Shown here: one piece after another, positions 48,198 to 59,195 of the stretch
How positions within the stretch are numbered: position 1 is the first letter of the stretch
How the letters are laid out: every line of letters begins with the position of its first letter
Virus record (IMG/VR): IMGVR_UViG_3300038410_000026
Location: 1 to 64,000 of that record
Length of the DNA stretch: 64,000 nucleotides
DNA from: a virus
Direction: 5' to 3' (one strand)
Notes under the pieces: generated by a model
Database searches by the model: none
Told to the model about the DNA's origin: nothing
Seen by the model: only the letters and a program-made list of their open reading frames with translations
Program-made: the position numbers and the translations under genes

Positions 48198-49166
48198 ATG
48201 GCGCTGACTTTAACTGAGATCAACGCTTACACTCTCCAGTATATTGTTCCGAAGACCACTGATGTGATCTTCCTGAACAGCCCGGTTTTCACCCGGCTGC
48301 ACAGTCGGAACATGGAGAGGTTTTCGGGCGGCTTGCAGATTCAGCGGCCAATCATTGTTGGCCAATTGAACGGTGGTCCGCTTGGCCGTGGCGATCCGAT
48401 GAACATCGATTTCGTCACGACCGATACGGCACTCGTCGTGGACATGAAGGCGTACTACACCAACATCACGCTTTATGGATTCGACTCCATGAAGAACGAT
48501 GGGGAGCAGGCGGTTTTCTCCCAGGTGGAGTTGAAATTCCAGAACGCCTCGCTCACGATGGCGAAGCTGCTCGCAACAGACATGTATCTGAACGACGTGG
48601 CCCCTCGCACGAAGGCCCTGACTGGATTCCAGCAGTGGTACGACGACGGGAACACCTACACAACCATCGGGGGAATCCTCCGTTCGGATGTGCAGACGGT
48701 GGGCACGGTCGGCGGCTTGAACTCCTATGTGGCGACCTTGACCACATTCTCGCTCCAGGCGGTGAACACGGCCTATGGAAACGCATGGTTCGGCAACGAC
48801 CACGTAGATCTAATTCCGGCCACGCAAAATGGCTGGAACCTGATGTGGAACGCCATGCAGCCCCTCCAGCGTTATTACGACAAGGAATCGGATGTCGGCG
48901 TAGCTGGCTTCCAGTCCTTCCGTTTCAACGCTGCCGAGGTGGTGGTGGACAAGTATATGTCAACCGGAACCAACGGAGTCATGTATGGGTTCAACACCAA
49001 ATACATCGAGTGGTATTTCTCCACTAATCCCAAGTTCCAGTTCGGGTTCACCGGATTTAAGGAAACGAACAATACCATCGATGTGGCGGGCCAGTTCCTG
49101 GTCGGCTCAAATATTGTGGTGCCGAACCCGCGCAGCGGCTTCAAGCTACTTTCTACGCTGTTCTGA
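48198..49166 (+). CDS. Major capsid protein
   Basis: 322 aa; position after scaffold; N-terminal DVIF..SP and C-terminal VPNPR typical of HK97-fold MCPs. Confidence 0.8.
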   Translation: MALTLTEINAYTLQYIVPKTTDVIFLNSPVFTRLHSRNMERFSGGLQIQRPIIVGQLNGGPLGRGDPMNIDFVTTDTALVVDMKAYYTNITLYGFDSMKNDGEQAVFSQVELKFQNASLTMAKLLATDMYLNDVAPRTKALTGFQQWYDDGNTYTTIGGILRSDVQTVGTVGGLNSYVATLTTFSLQAVNTAYGNAWFGNDHVDLIPATQNGWNLMWNAMQPLQRYYDKESDVGVAGFQSFRFNAAEVVVDKYMSTGTNGVMYGFNTKYIEWYFSTNPKFQFGFTGFKETNNTIDVAGQFLVGSNIVVPNPRSGFKLLSTLF

Positions 49167-49180
49167 GGAGGTGAAAGACT

Positions 49181-49609
49181 ATGGTAACCAGTGGAATTGC
49201 GACAGATCTTGGCGGTCAAGTAACCTTCCGGCGCTTCACCATCACCTACGCTGATCTGACGGATGCCGATACTTCGCAGACCATCAACCTGTTCACTCTG
49301 CCGAAAGGCGGAATTATCCTTGGTGTTCGCATCAAGCATTCGACCGCTTTTTCGGGTGGTACGGTGGCCACCTGCACGGTTTCGGTGGGATCTGCTGCCG
49401 GTACGGCTACCGATTTCGCTTCGGCCTACGATATCTTTTCGGCTGCCGGAGATACGGCCTTCCAGGTCACATCCGAATTCAAGGCTGTAACTTACGTAGC
49501 CGACACGGTGACTGCCACTGTCACCACAACGGTAGGGAACGTGACTGACACTACGGCTGGATCTGTGGATATCGATGTCTGCTTCCTGAACGTGACTACT
49601 CCGCTGTAA
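49181..49609 (+). CDS. Putative capsid decoration protein
   Basis: Thr-rich beta protein (LFTLPKGGII) after the MCP. Confidence 0.55.
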   Translation: MVTSGIATDLGGQVTFRRFTITYADLTDADTSQTINLFTLPKGGIILGVRIKHSTAFSGGTVATCTVSVGSAAGTATDFASAYDIFSAAGDTAFQVTSEFKAVTYVADTVTATVTTTVGNVTDTTAGSVDIDVCFLNVTTPL

Positions 49610-49631
49610 AGCTGAGGGAGGTGATCCAAAA

Positions 49632-49841
49632 ATGTCGATTGAAGCTTATCACGCGCCGTTTTCACCGGCAGGAACGAGCCAGTATTGGGGGACGGCAGCC
49701 CCAGCAGCCGCAACAGACGGAGCCTATCAGTTGGGAGATATCGTGTGGAACACGGTCCCCACTTCCGGCCAGCCCATCGGTTGGGCTTGCAGCGTAGCCG
49801 GAAGCCCTGGGACCTGGATAGCGATGGCGAACTACGCATAA
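49632..49841 (+). CDS. Small virion protein (GDIVWN..P..G..IGW.C...G.PGTW)
   Basis: Motif common at fibre/spike termini; GGAGG RBS. Confidence 0.55.
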   Translation: MSIEAYHAPFSPAGTSQYWGTAAPAAATDGAYQLGDIVWNTVPTSGQPIGWACSVAGSPGTWIAMANYA

Positions 49842-49850
49842 GAGGCTCAC

Positions 49851-50471
49851 ATGGCAGCTATTTCAGAATTCAAGAACAATCAGCCGCAGAGCGCGGTTCA
49901 GTATGGGACCACGGCAACGGCGGCTCTCTTGGAGGGGGCCGGAACTTCATCCAGCCCCTACTCTAGCGGCACCACTGCCGACAAGAATTTCATCGGCTAT
50001 TGGCTGAAGACCACCGCCCTCAGCGGCACCACCAGGGGCGTGTATCTCCGGCTCTATATTGCCGGGGCCGGATGCTCTGGCGAGGCTGCCCGCATTTTTA
50101 CCACGGTCAATGGCGTAGCGGGAGGCACCGGAGGTATCCATGGCGCTCACATCACGGGCAGCCTGGATGCCACTGGAACCTGCGGTGGACTGTTGGTGGG
50201 ATGCCGAGCGACCCTTGGAGTCAGCGAGGCTACCCGGAGTTTGTCCGGAACCTTCGCCGCGCTTCAGGTGGACAGCGACATCGGCACGGGGAACACAATG
50301 CCCGGAACCACCAGCTTCATCCGGGTGGCGAACAACAACTCGGTGGCGATTGCGAACCTGTTCGAGATTCCCACCGGGGTTGTGACCAGAAAGGGCTCCG
50401 CTCCGAGCGCGAGCGATGGTCTGGCATGTAGGATCAATGGAGCTTTGGCCTACATCATGGTCGGGACATAG
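49851..50471 (+). CDS. Virion structural protein, Gly/Thr/Ala-rich
   Basis: Composition and position. Confidence 0.5.
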   Translation: MAAISEFKNNQPQSAVQYGTTATAALLEGAGTSSSPYSSGTTADKNFIGYWLKTTALSGTTRGVYLRLYIAGAGCSGEAARIFTTVNGVAGGTGGIHGAHITGSLDATGTCGGLLVGCRATLGVSEATRSLSGTFAALQVDSDIGTGNTMPGTTSFIRVANNNSVAIANLFEIPTGVVTRKGSAPSASDGLACRINGALAYIMVGT

Positions 50472-50475
50472 GCGG

Positions 50476-50814
50476 ATGCGGAAGCTGGATGTTTCGGATT
50501 ATCCGTGCGAGGTGTTAAGGGCGACTCCGGAAAATCCCGAAGGGGTCCTCATCACCGAGCCGTATGAAGTGAAGAAGTCCATCGTGGGCGTGATGTTTTC
50601 CCAGGAGCGCTTGGATGCCCACGAGCTTTTGGAGCGGGACGATCTGGCGAAAAAGGTTCTCTCATCCAATGGGTTCATTCTCTTGGAAGAAGCGGAATAC
50701 ATCAGAATTAAGGCTGCGTTTGAGGCGTTTCGAGGGTTCCGCAGGATCGACGTGGATCTGGTGCGAAGGGTAATGAATGCACCTGAGATCAAAGTCCGGG
50801 AAGCTGATTCCTGA
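50476..50814 (+). CDS. Hypothetical protein
   Basis: ORF ending before a terminator. Confidence 0.5.
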   Translation: MRKLDVSDYPCEVLRATPENPEGVLITEPYEVKKSIVGVMFSQERLDAHELLERDDLAKKVLSSNGFILLEEAEYIRIKAAFEAFRGFRRIDVDLVRRVMNAPEIKVREADS

Positions 50815-50837
50815 TCCGGTAGACCAAACATCAAGAG

Positions 50838-50870
50838 AGGGCCGGTGGCATCGAGCTTCCGGCCCTTTTT
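50838..50870 (+). terminator. Rho-independent terminator
   Basis: AGGGCCGG/CCGGCCCT stem plus T run. Confidence 0.7.
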
Positions 50871-50889
50871 GCTAGTTGAAGGAGAAAAG

Positions 50890-51198
50890 ATGGGTCCAGT
50901 AACGATAGTCGTAAAGGTATTGGCGGCGGGAACCCCAGTTCAGGTCACTACGGACAGTACGGTTGTTGCTTCAATGCTCAATTTCCATCCGGTAGCTGCC
51001 AATGCGGGCAACGTCTATGTCGGATCTTCCGGTCTGAACAAGACTTCATTCGCCAATGTAATCACCGAAATCGCCAAGACTGGGCCTGACTTCCAAATTA
51101 TTCCCGGAGCGGGTGCCAGTGCATTGGTGGTTTCCGAGTACTGGATCGATGCCGTAAACACCAACGATCAGGTCACCGTGACGTACTGGACGCTCTGA
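50890..51198 (+). CDS. Virion structural protein
   Basis: AAGGAG RBS; beta-rich. Confidence 0.55.
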   Translation: MGPVTIVVKVLAAGTPVQVTTDSTVVASMLNFHPVAANAGNVYVGSSGLNKTSFANVITEIAKTGPDFQIIPGAGASALVVSEYWIDAVNTNDQVTVTYWTL

Positions 51199-52352
51199 TG
51201 GCACAGTGGGGAGACAAGTTGTTTTCGATGCGAGGGCGGGTGATCCAATTTCGCCCTGGCGTATCGAAAGATCAAGTGGACGGCTGGATCAATGACCGCA
51301 TCCGGCAAGCCATAGACTCGCGCATCTTTTGGTCCGATCTGCTGCAACCGGGTCTTATCGCGGTTCCGGACATGTACAACACCGGAACGGCTACCACCGC
51401 CAACGGTTCTGGAACGGTCGCGGGAACCTTGACAGCGTGGCCGATTGACGACAAGGTGAACACCACGCTCGCAGCAGCCGTGGATGAAATCGGATATTTC
51501 CCCGCCACTCCGACATCTATGACCGGCATCACGGCGGATACAATCCTGCTGGTAGACAACGGCGGATCAAACCAGGAAGTCGTTCCGGTGATCCGTGTGG
51601 ACACCACACAGTTCATCGGAAAGTTCTCCAAATATCATGATGCTGGCGAAACGATTACCTGTTCTTCTTTGGTAGGCAGGCAATTCCGGGTTTCTTCGAG
51701 CTATCCGATTTTCACGGTTCAGGCCGTGACTTCCGCCACCAGCCTGCTGCTCGACAATCCCTGGAGTAGCACCGGATTGACCGATGTAGCCTACCAAATC
51801 ATCGGGATGTATTACACCCTGGCCACCGATATCAAAGACATTCTGACCGTTGTGGACACCCAATACGGGGGCTGGCCGTTGCGTTATCACGTTTCGATTT
51901 CGGAACTGAACTGGCGCGATCCCCAGCGCACTTCTTTCGGGCCACCGCAGATGCTGGCCGATCTGGCTCCCAATGCTTGCGGCAACATGCAGTACGAGCT
52001 TTGGCCGACACAGTACGCAGCCCGTCAGGTCTGGTATCTCTATCGCAAGCAATGGCCAGAACTCGTGAATGATAACGACGTTCCGCCGTGGTTTATCAAT
52101 CCCATGGTGTTCGTTCACGGTGCGATTGCTGACGCCTTGCGCTGGCGTAAGGGCAAGGAAGACCCTTTCTTCAATCCCGATCTGGCGGAAGTATTTGAGC
52201 GTAAGTTCCTGATGGGCCTGGACGACGCGAAGAATGCCGACGAGTCCAAGTCGCCCAACCAGTATTCGTTCGACTACACCAAGATCTTCGGAGCCGGAGG
52301 AGCCAATTTCTGGGTTTCCCACGATCCGGATGTCTGGAATTGGGAGATGTAA
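51198..52352 (+). CDS. Putative head-tail adaptor/structural protein
   Basis: 384 aa; position; LWPT...Y and helical C-terminus typical of adaptor proteins. Confidence 0.5.
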   Translation: MAQWGDKLFSMRGRVIQFRPGVSKDQVDGWINDRIRQAIDSRIFWSDLLQPGLIAVPDMYNTGTATTANGSGTVAGTLTAWPIDDKVNTTLAAAVDEIGYFPATPTSMTGITADTILLVDNGGSNQEVVPVIRVDTTQFIGKFSKYHDAGETITCSSLVGRQFRVSSSYPIFTVQAVTSATSLLLDNPWSSTGLTDVAYQIIGMYYTLATDIKDILTVVDTQYGGWPLRYHVSISELNWRDPQRTSFGPPQMLADLAPNACGNMQYELWPTQYAARQVWYLYRKQWPELVNDNDVPPWFINPMVFVHGAIADALRWRKGKEDPFFNPDLAEVFERKFLMGLDDAKNADESKSPNQYSFDYTKIFGAGGANFWVSHDPDVWNWEM

Positions 52353-52709
52353 TGCCACCTCGTTTCATGAGAAATCGAGCCATGCCAATGCCGGTAGAGC
52401 CAGCAACCGTGCCCCCTGAACGGAAGGATATGCTGACGGAGCACCTTTCTCCTGCCAATCGGCAGGATGTTCCATTCAATGCTCCCATGCACGAGTTTCT
52501 GGGAGCCACCGCCCGCTTGCAGGAAGAAAAGGCGGAGATGCGGTATCAGAAGAAAATGAACCAAATGGTCGATCCGGTTCATGACGAACAGTTGTGGCAG
52601 AGGAAGATGCGAGATCACGAGATCATCCACAACTATCGACGCACGGTGACCGACATGCGCGGAACGCAAACCAAGACCCGAGAGGGCATGACGATCCCGA
52701 AGCCGTAGT

Positions 52710-52928
52710 ATGCCCAGAAAAGCGAGCAGAGGCGAATTGGAGAGCCTGTCCAGGTATTTTCTCTCTCCGTCCAGACGCAAGACAGGCGGAATGAGAGTAC
52801 GGACTAGAAAACAGAAAGGCTTCGCCGAGCGCGTAGAGGCTGCCGACCGGGGCCGGAAGCGGATGCAGGCACGGATGCGGAAGACAGCGAGGGTGCGCTT
52901 TCGGCGAAGAAGAGGTTCCAGGCGGTAG
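52710..52928 (+). CDS. Arg-rich basic protein
   Basis: 72 aa, roughly one third Arg/Lys. Confidence 0.5.
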   Translation: MPRKASRGELESLSRYFLSPSRRKTGGMRVRTRKQKGFAERVEAADRGRKRMQARMRKTARVRFRRRRGSRR

Positions 52929-53579
52929 ATGCCGTCTTATACTTTGGCGGATCTGGAGCAGCGTGTTTACTCCAGGCTGGAAAATAATTCGGTTTTTTAC
53001 CCGCAGGCAGAAGTCGATGCGGCGGTGAACGAATGTCTTCGCGTTCTGAATTTACATACCGGGTTTCTCCAGAATTCCGTGGTCATCACATCGGAAGCTG
53101 GTCGGGTTTTTTACGACATTCCGTATCCTATGCTATTCCCCATTGCCGTAACCCTCGCGGGTCGGCAGTTGAAACGATCTTCCCTGCCCTCGATGGCATT
53201 GAAATTCCGGGACTGGACGAGGCACGCCAGTTCGACCTTCGGGCCAGTTGCGGACTGGATGCCCCTCGGTATCCGGAAGTTGGCGATCCATCCCGCCGAT
53301 TCAACCGGGGGCAGGGAACTTAAAATTTATGGAGTCATTGAGCCGACAGTTTTGGTGGGAGCTACTGACGCCATCATTCTTCAGGACGAGTACGTGGACA
53401 TCTTGGAAGAATATGCTGCGCATATCATACAACTAAAGGAGGGGGGCAAGATCTTCTCCGATGCTTCCCTCCTCTTTTTGAGGTTCCAGGAAAAGATGCG
53501 GGAATACGCACGATGGAGGAACTACGTTCAGCCACGGTACTTCGTGGAGGTGGAGAGTGTGAAGATCGCTGGAGGGTAG
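52929..53579 (+). CDS. Putative adaptor/tail tubular protein
   Basis: TLADLEQRV..RL......EVDAAVNE pattern of podovirus adaptors. Confidence 0.55.
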   Translation: MPSYTLADLEQRVYSRLENNSVFYPQAEVDAAVNECLRVLNLHTGFLQNSVVITSEAGRVFYDIPYPMLFPIAVTLAGRQLKRSSLPSMALKFRDWTRHASSTFGPVADWMPLGIRKLAIHPADSTGGRELKIYGVIEPTVLVGATDAIILQDEYVDILEEYAAHIIQLKEGGKIFSDASLLFLRFQEKMREYARWRNYVQPRYFVEVESVKIAGG

Positions 53580-53594
53580 GGCCAATACCCGGAA

Positions 53595-54407
53595 ATGATT
53601 TCCGTATCCAATATCTACAGCCAGATCTGCACGATACTCATGGAGCCTCTGCCAACCGGACTGAGCACCGGCACCCTTACCGAGCAAGACTTTCTCAACA
53701 TTTTCAGCGACATCATCCAGGATTTCGTCGAGAGGGCCAGCCTGATCAAGCAGTTGATTAACATTCCCGCAGAAAGCGGTGTGAACTTTTACACGCAGCC
53801 GGATTATGCGCTTTCAATCCAGGAGATTCTCTACGACGAAAAGTACATGTATCTGACCGACTCTCTTGAACTGGATGCTTTGCTGCAAATCTGGAGAAAT
53901 ATGACCGAGGCGGTTCCCCGTCGCTGGGTGCAGGATCGCACCATGGTAAACACCTTCGAAATCGTGGGCGCTCCCCTCTGGGATGGATACACGGTTACGA
54001 TGACTGCCCCATTGTACGGGACCCTTTCCAGTATAAGCTCAGTTAATGATTTTACCTTTACAACTTCAGCCCCGCTGTACGGGACCATTTCCTCTTATAC
54101 CGGCCCGATGTACCTCGAATCCGGGGGCGGAATGCTGTTGGGCACAATCTCGGATATGGTCAGTTCAAACCATAACCTCGTCCTGGTTTCTCCGGTGAAG
54201 CCGTCCGGGATAGATTTCAGCCTGTCCAATATCATTGAATTCGTTTTGGACAGTTTCACTCCCTATATCAAATACGGAATCCTAGCCAAGATTTTTGAGA
54301 TCGACGGGGAGATGCGGGATGTCTTGCGGGCAAGGTACTGCAAGGCCAGATATGAGGAAGGAATCTTGTTGGCGAAGGCCATCGCAGCGGAGGCAGTGGA
54401 GGCGTAA
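53595..54407 (+). CDS. Putative adaptor-like structural protein
   Basis: Similar architecture to 52929-53579. Confidence 0.45.
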   Translation: MISVSNIYSQICTILMEPLPTGLSTGTLTEQDFLNIFSDIIQDFVERASLIKQLINIPAESGVNFYTQPDYALSIQEILYDEKYMYLTDSLELDALLQIWRNMTEAVPRRWVQDRTMVNTFEIVGAPLWDGYTVTMTAPLYGTLSSISSVNDFTFTTSAPLYGTISSYTGPMYLESGGGMLLGTISDMVSSNHNLVLVSPVKPSGIDFSLSNIIEFVLDSFTPYIKYGILAKIFEIDGEMRDVLRARYCKARYEEGILLAKAIAAEAVEA

Positions 54408-54667
54408 TGCCATCTAGCAACACCATCACACCGCGCAAGCTTTATGTCGAGGATCTGGATCTGACCACCAATGCGAGCGGTGCCACGGCTTCGACCAACG
54501 TACTGGGCGCTCCCTCTAATCCAGTTACGGTCAACAAAATCGACATGGTGCGGCTGACGCAATTCACCCAGGCCGCTAATGATGCGGCGGCTGCGGCGGC
54601 TGGCGTAAATCTGGGTGAAGTCTATTACAACACCACGAATTCCAAGCTGCACGCAAGGCTGACCTGA
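54407..54667 (+). CDS. Small structural protein
   Basis: NDAAAAAAGVNLGEVYY, similar to the C-terminus of 58140-58508. Confidence 0.5.
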   Translation: MPSSNTITPRKLYVEDLDLTTNASGATASTNVLGAPSNPVTVNKIDMVRLTQFTQAANDAAAAAAGVNLGEVYYNTTNSKLHARLT

Positions 54668-57600
54668 TGGCGATCAATCCTCCAGGCGAGTACCAGCCAA
54701 TCACGGTTCCTTTCGGGGACCGGGGTTGGGTATTGAAGCTCGATCCATCTCTTCTTCAGCAGGGACAATATCAGCTTGTCCGGAACATGGTCAGCTTGCA
54801 GGAGGGATCGATCCGGACCCGCAATGGGTATCGGGCGTTGAACACTGATCCTTTCCTGCTGATCATCGAGGCTGGAAACGTGGATTACATCCACAGCATC
54901 GGCTATCTCATCACGGGGGCCGATCTCTCCTCGAATTACCGTTACATCGGGGGAAACCAGTATATCTTCCGGATGGACTCCAATGTTCCTCCCGGAAACT
55001 ATGATTTAATCGCCGACCTGAACAACACGGAGTTCGGCAAACGATGGTCGATGGTCGGTTATCGCAAGAATTCTTCCGGATATCCATACGCTTACTTCGC
55101 CACCACGAGCTTCATGCTCAAGGACCCACTCACCGACAACACTACGGGGGCCTTGTTGGGTCAAGCCAATCCCGCTGCGGACGCGAAGCAGATTCAGAAG
55201 TGGGGGATCGACGCTCCCCCGACTCCGGTGATCTATGTAGGAGCGAATGGCGGAGGGCTGCTCGATCCGGTAATTTCCACCTACAACTACGTCATCACAC
55301 GAAAAAACCCCTTCACGGGAGTAGAGAGCAACCCTTCCATCCCTATGGCAGTCGAGATCGGAGATCCGGTCCTGACTCCCATGAACCCGAATTCTTCGAT
55401 CAGTCTCCTGATCGATCCCTATACCTGTTCGCTGCAATATCCAGACCCATCAAATACAAACGTTCTTTTTAAGGACCCGCAGGTTTATGGCAAGCAGACC
55501 ATCTGCCTATACCGCAAGGGCGGCTCCTTTTCCGATGGACTGTACCGATTCGTGAGAGCATTCGATTCCGACGATACCGGGAACCCTCCCACTATCCCCG
55601 ATTTCACTGGGATCTTCCCCTGGACGGACAATGTTCCCGATGCTGACATTATTGACGGTCGCATAGTTGATTTCGACAACTTCTGTCCTGTAGTGAGCAC
55701 CACTCCAGTTCCGATTGTCGCTGACATTATTGCTCTCGACCCAGTTCCCGGAGCTCCCGTCAAAACCTTTTACGTGAAGCTCGATGTTCACCAGGGATTT
55801 TATCCCAGCCATTCGACCATCCGGGACATCTTGCGCATCGGCAGCACGGTTACGGTAGGCTCCGGTGAGCTTAAGGAGCGGGCCATCGTGCGAGCCTTCC
55901 GGGACACCAGCCCGAATGATACGGTCGTCCTTTACCTTCAGAAGACGCATACCGTACCAGCCGATCCGAGCATCCAGCCATACGAAAAGCTGACTTGCGA
56001 TGCCAATACGAACCAGCCCTGCCGATTCTCGGCTCTGGCGTATGACTCTTTGTTCCTGGCTGGAGACGAAGCCAACCCCAATATTCTCTACAAATCCAAG
56101 ATCGGCAGGCCGGAATACTTTCCGGTTATCAATCTCACCGATGGCACTCCCGGAAACGTCGAAGTGGGTTCGCCATCGAACCCGATCATGAACATCTGCG
56201 AGTTCAACGGCAGCCTTATTTCATTGAACAAGGCTCGCATCTACGTGGTGCCGGTTTGGGGCAACCAGATGGGCGCTCCCCAGGAGACTCCAGCGCAGCG
56301 CGGATTGATCGCCAGTTGGGCATGGTGCAAGGGGGACAACTTCCTCGCCTATGTTGCCTATGACGGAGTGTATATCTGGAGCGGAAGCGACAGCATCAAG
56401 ATCAGCGAAGAGATCGATGCTCTGTTCAAGGGGGAATGGATCACGGTCGATGGGGAGAACATCGCCCCCATGAATCTGAGCGATCAGATCCCCGAAGGGG
56501 AATTCCTCTCTCCGGCAGATCGCATCAACATGGAGTACTTCCGCAACCAATTGCTCCTCGCCTATCAGGACATTAACGGAGGAGTTCAGCGGTTGCGATG
56601 GCACGAGCTATACCGGCGCTGGTCGCTCGACTCGGTTTCTCCCACTGTGATGAAGCTCGAAGCGGAAACGGGCAACCTGCTCTTTGCCACCGCTGATCCT
56701 GCCAACGGAGATACGATTGCGCATCTGAATTTGGATGATGTTCCGGCTACTCCTACATCCACTTCGACATCCGATGGATGGACTAGCTCTCAAGCTGACG
56801 GAGCCTCCATCGACTGGAAGCTGGTGACGGCCTCCTACACCCTAGGTAGTCCCACCCTTCAAAAGCAGTGGGGAGATATCATCCTCGAATTAAACAACCC
56901 CGCCGATACGGTCACCGTAAACATGTATTACGACTACGGGGCGGTGGATGCGGTGGATGTTTTCACGATAGCTCCAGCCACGGGCCGACGCCGATACACC
57001 TTGCCCTTCAATGCTGGAGCGGCGCGGGAAGCCTATGGCATGACCTTCATGTTCACGGGCAGCACCAAGCAGCCTACCACGCTCTATTCAATGACGTTCA
57101 CGGCCCTGCCCCTGACCAGCATCATGAAGGGCAGGGCCTATGACTGGGACAACCTGGGCTACCCGCACGACAAAAAACTTCAGCAGTTGTCCATAGAGTA
57201 CGACGTGGGCGGATCTCCGGTGACGCTCAATCTCGATACGGTCAGCGGAATCGGCGGAGCCACCGAGACGCAAGCGAAGCAGACTTTTGATCTGGTCAGC
57301 CCTGCCGCCACCTTTCCCACTGGCCCGGTGAGGGCCAGAACCTCCTTCCCGATCAACGATGGAACGATTGTGAAGCTGGCGCGGCTGCGTCCCACGATTC
57401 CGGCGCTCGAATTCAAGATCTGGTCGTACAACTTCGACTTCATCCAGTACCCGCCCGATATCGTTCCCTGGACCGAGTGGAGCGATCTGGGCTATCCCTG
57501 CGAGAAGATCCTGCGGGAGCTTCTGATTCAGGTGGATACCGGAGGCGTTGACGCCACCACCAGCGTGCAGGTCGATGGGGTGACGGCCCAGACTTTCAAG

Positions 57601-58140
57601 ATCAACTCCAGCACCAATGACCGCCATCTCATCCTGACGATGGACTCAGACATTATCGGCAAGAAGTTCCGGCTGGTAAATGTTCACGGAACGGGCGGCA
57701 AATTCCAATTGTTCGACTACAAGTTCAATTGGATTCCAGAGCCATGCGAGGTTATCCATTGGGATTCATACGAGCAGGCATACGGATACAACGGTTTCAA
57801 GTGGATCAAACAGATCTGGATCGAGTACATTTCCTGTTCCGGCATAGACTGTTACATCTATACCGACAACAAGCGGTTGCTGCTAAAGCAATCGCTTCCG
57901 AGGCATCCGTACCGGGCGATAGAGAGGTTTTACCTGCCTCCAATCAGCATGGAGGGAGTTCTGAACAAGAGCAAGATCTACCGTAAGGTGATCGATTCCT
58001 GTGATCCCTGCTGCGGATTCAAGATCTATAAAGACGGAACGCGGGTTGAATGGATGCCGGTGGGGGCAGACATGAGGCAAGGATACCAGCAGTTTGCCTT
58101 CTTCCAGGACATCCCCATAGTGGCGTTGGGGGCGCAGTGA
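54667..58140 (+). CDS. Large tail protein (nozzle/stabilization-like, beta-propeller-rich)
   Basis: 1157 aa; N-terminal NMV...G.IRTRNG and beta-rich body in the tail module. Confidence 0.6.
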   Translation: MAINPPGEYQPITVPFGDRGWVLKLDPSLLQQGQYQLVRNMVSLQEGSIRTRNGYRALNTDPFLLIIEAGNVDYIHSIGYLITGADLSSNYRYIGGNQYIFRMDSNVPPGNYDLIADLNNTEFGKRWSMVGYRKNSSGYPYAYFATTSFMLKDPLTDNTTGALLGQANPAADAKQIQKWGIDAPPTPVIYVGANGGGLLDPVISTYNYVITRKNPFTGVESNPSIPMAVEIGDPVLTPMNPNSSISLLIDPYTCSLQYPDPSNTNVLFKDPQVYGKQTICLYRKGGSFSDGLYRFVRAFDSDDTGNPPTIPDFTGIFPWTDNVPDADIIDGRIVDFDNFCPVVSTTPVPIVADIIALDPVPGAPVKTFYVKLDVHQGFYPSHSTIRDILRIGSTVTVGSGELKERAIVRAFRDTSPNDTVVLYLQKTHTVPADPSIQPYEKLTCDANTNQPCRFSALAYDSLFLAGDEANPNILYKSKIGRPEYFPVINLTDGTPGNVEVGSPSNPIMNICEFNGSLISLNKARIYVVPVWGNQMGAPQETPAQRGLIASWAWCKGDNFLAYVAYDGVYIWSGSDSIKISEEIDALFKGEWITVDGENIAPMNLSDQIPEGEFLSPADRINMEYFRNQLLLAYQDINGGVQRLRWHELYRRWSLDSVSPTVMKLEAETGNLLFATADPANGDTIAHLNLDDVPATPTSTSTSDGWTSSQADGASIDWKLVTASYTLGSPTLQKQWGDIILELNNPADTVTVNMYYDYGAVDAVDVFTIAPATGRRRYTLPFNAGAAREAYGMTFMFTGSTKQPTTLYSMTFTALPLTSIMKGRAYDWDNLGYPHDKKLQQLSIEYDVGGSPVTLNLDTVSGIGGATETQAKQTFDLVSPAATFPTGPVRARTSFPINDGTIVKLARLRPTIPALEFKIWSYNFDFIQYPPDIVPWTEWSDLGYPCEKILRELLIQVDTGGVDATTSVQVDGVTAQTFKINSSTNDRHLILTMDSDIIGKKFRLVNVHGTGGKFQLFDYKFNWIPEPCEVIHWDSYEQAYGYNGFKWIKQIWIEYISCSGIDCYIYTDNKRLLLKQSLPRHPYRAIERFYLPPISMEGVLNKSKIYRKVIDSCDPCCGFKIYKDGTRVEWMPVGADMRQGYQQFAFFQDIPIVALGAQ

Positions 58141-58508
58141 TGGACAGCAAGATCACGAATGTATTGCCGAAGCTGAGGAAAAAGGACTTGACTGACGACA
58201 GCTTGTTTAAGCTCAATCTGGCATTGAACATCCTGGCCAGTCAGCTTGCGGCAACCCAAGGCAATTCAGGGCAATCCATATTCGGGGCTGGTCCGTTTTC
58301 ATTCTCTGGTGCGGTGACGGTGGCTGGAAATGTTGACATCACCGGCAATACGACCTTGCGCGGCAATTCCGACGTGTTCAAAAACTTTCATCCCGTAAAC
58401 ATTCCGAATATTTCGGTCTTTGCCGACAATGCCGCTGCCCGCGCTGCCAAGCTCGTGCCGGGAGATCTCTACGTCACTCCGACCGGACAATTGATGAGGG
58501 TTTACTGA
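58140..58508 (+). CDS. Small structural protein
   Basis: DNAAARAAKLVPGDLY motif; TGATG coupling. Confidence 0.5.
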   Translation: MDSKITNVLPKLRKKDLTDDSLFKLNLALNILASQLAATQGNSGQSIFGAGPFSFSGAVTVAGNVDITGNTTLRGNSDVFKNFHPVNIPNISVFADNAAARAAKLVPGDLYVTPTGQLMRVY

Positions 58509-59140
58509 TGGAAGCCCGCATGATTAACTTCACGTCTTCTCTGCTCGTGACGATAGTGCGCAGCAATGGCTCGCGCATTATTCTCGGCGCTCCCTTCGTT
58601 CGCAAAGAAATCGTGCAGCCCATCTCGTTCTGGCGAAGGCTGTGGTGGACATTGAAGGGCGAGGGCCTGATCAACATGGGCTTTCTGGCCTTCCTGGCAT
58701 GGGTGCTTCACCACAATCACGAGATCTCTCTACCGTTGTTTGGTTTAGTCACCAGCGCCGGAATCGATTATATGGCCGGAGATTTTGCGGCCAACGGGAA
58801 CGATGTTTCGAATTTCAACTACCATGAGTCCGGAATCGGGACAGCGGCAGAAAACGTCGCAGACACTGATTTACAGAGCAAGATTACTCTGTCCAGGGTG
58901 GCAGGAACCCAGACCAAGCCTGCGTCTGTAGGGTCATTCCAGAGCGTGGCCACCATCGGCCCCTATGGATCGACCTACTCCATAGCCGAATGGGGCCTGT
59001 TTTCCTCCGCTGGGTTTGGAAGTCCTCCCTCTGGAGGAACCCTCTGGGACCGGCGCAGAATCAGCCCCACAGCCGGAGTGAATGCCTCGGATTCGATCAT
59101 TTTTGACTATCTCTGCACAGGTCAAGCCGGAGGCTCTTAG
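58508..59140 (+). CDS. Tail-associated protein (paralog of 61852-62556)
   Basis: Shared HxSGxGT, EWGLF, GGTxWDRR, DSIxFxY. Confidence 0.6.
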   Translation: MEARMINFTSSLLVTIVRSNGSRIILGAPFVRKEIVQPISFWRRLWWTLKGEGLINMGFLAFLAWVLHHNHEISLPLFGLVTSAGIDYMAGDFAANGNDVSNFNYHESGIGTAAENVADTDLQSKITLSRVAGTQTKPASVGSFQSVATIGPYGSTYSIAEWGLFSSAGFGSPPSGGTLWDRRRISPTAGVNASDSIIFDYLCTGQAGGS

Positions 59141-59195
59141 ATTTCTATTGTGTTGACTTTTTCCGTAGTGTTTACTGCAACTTAGGAGGTTTTGC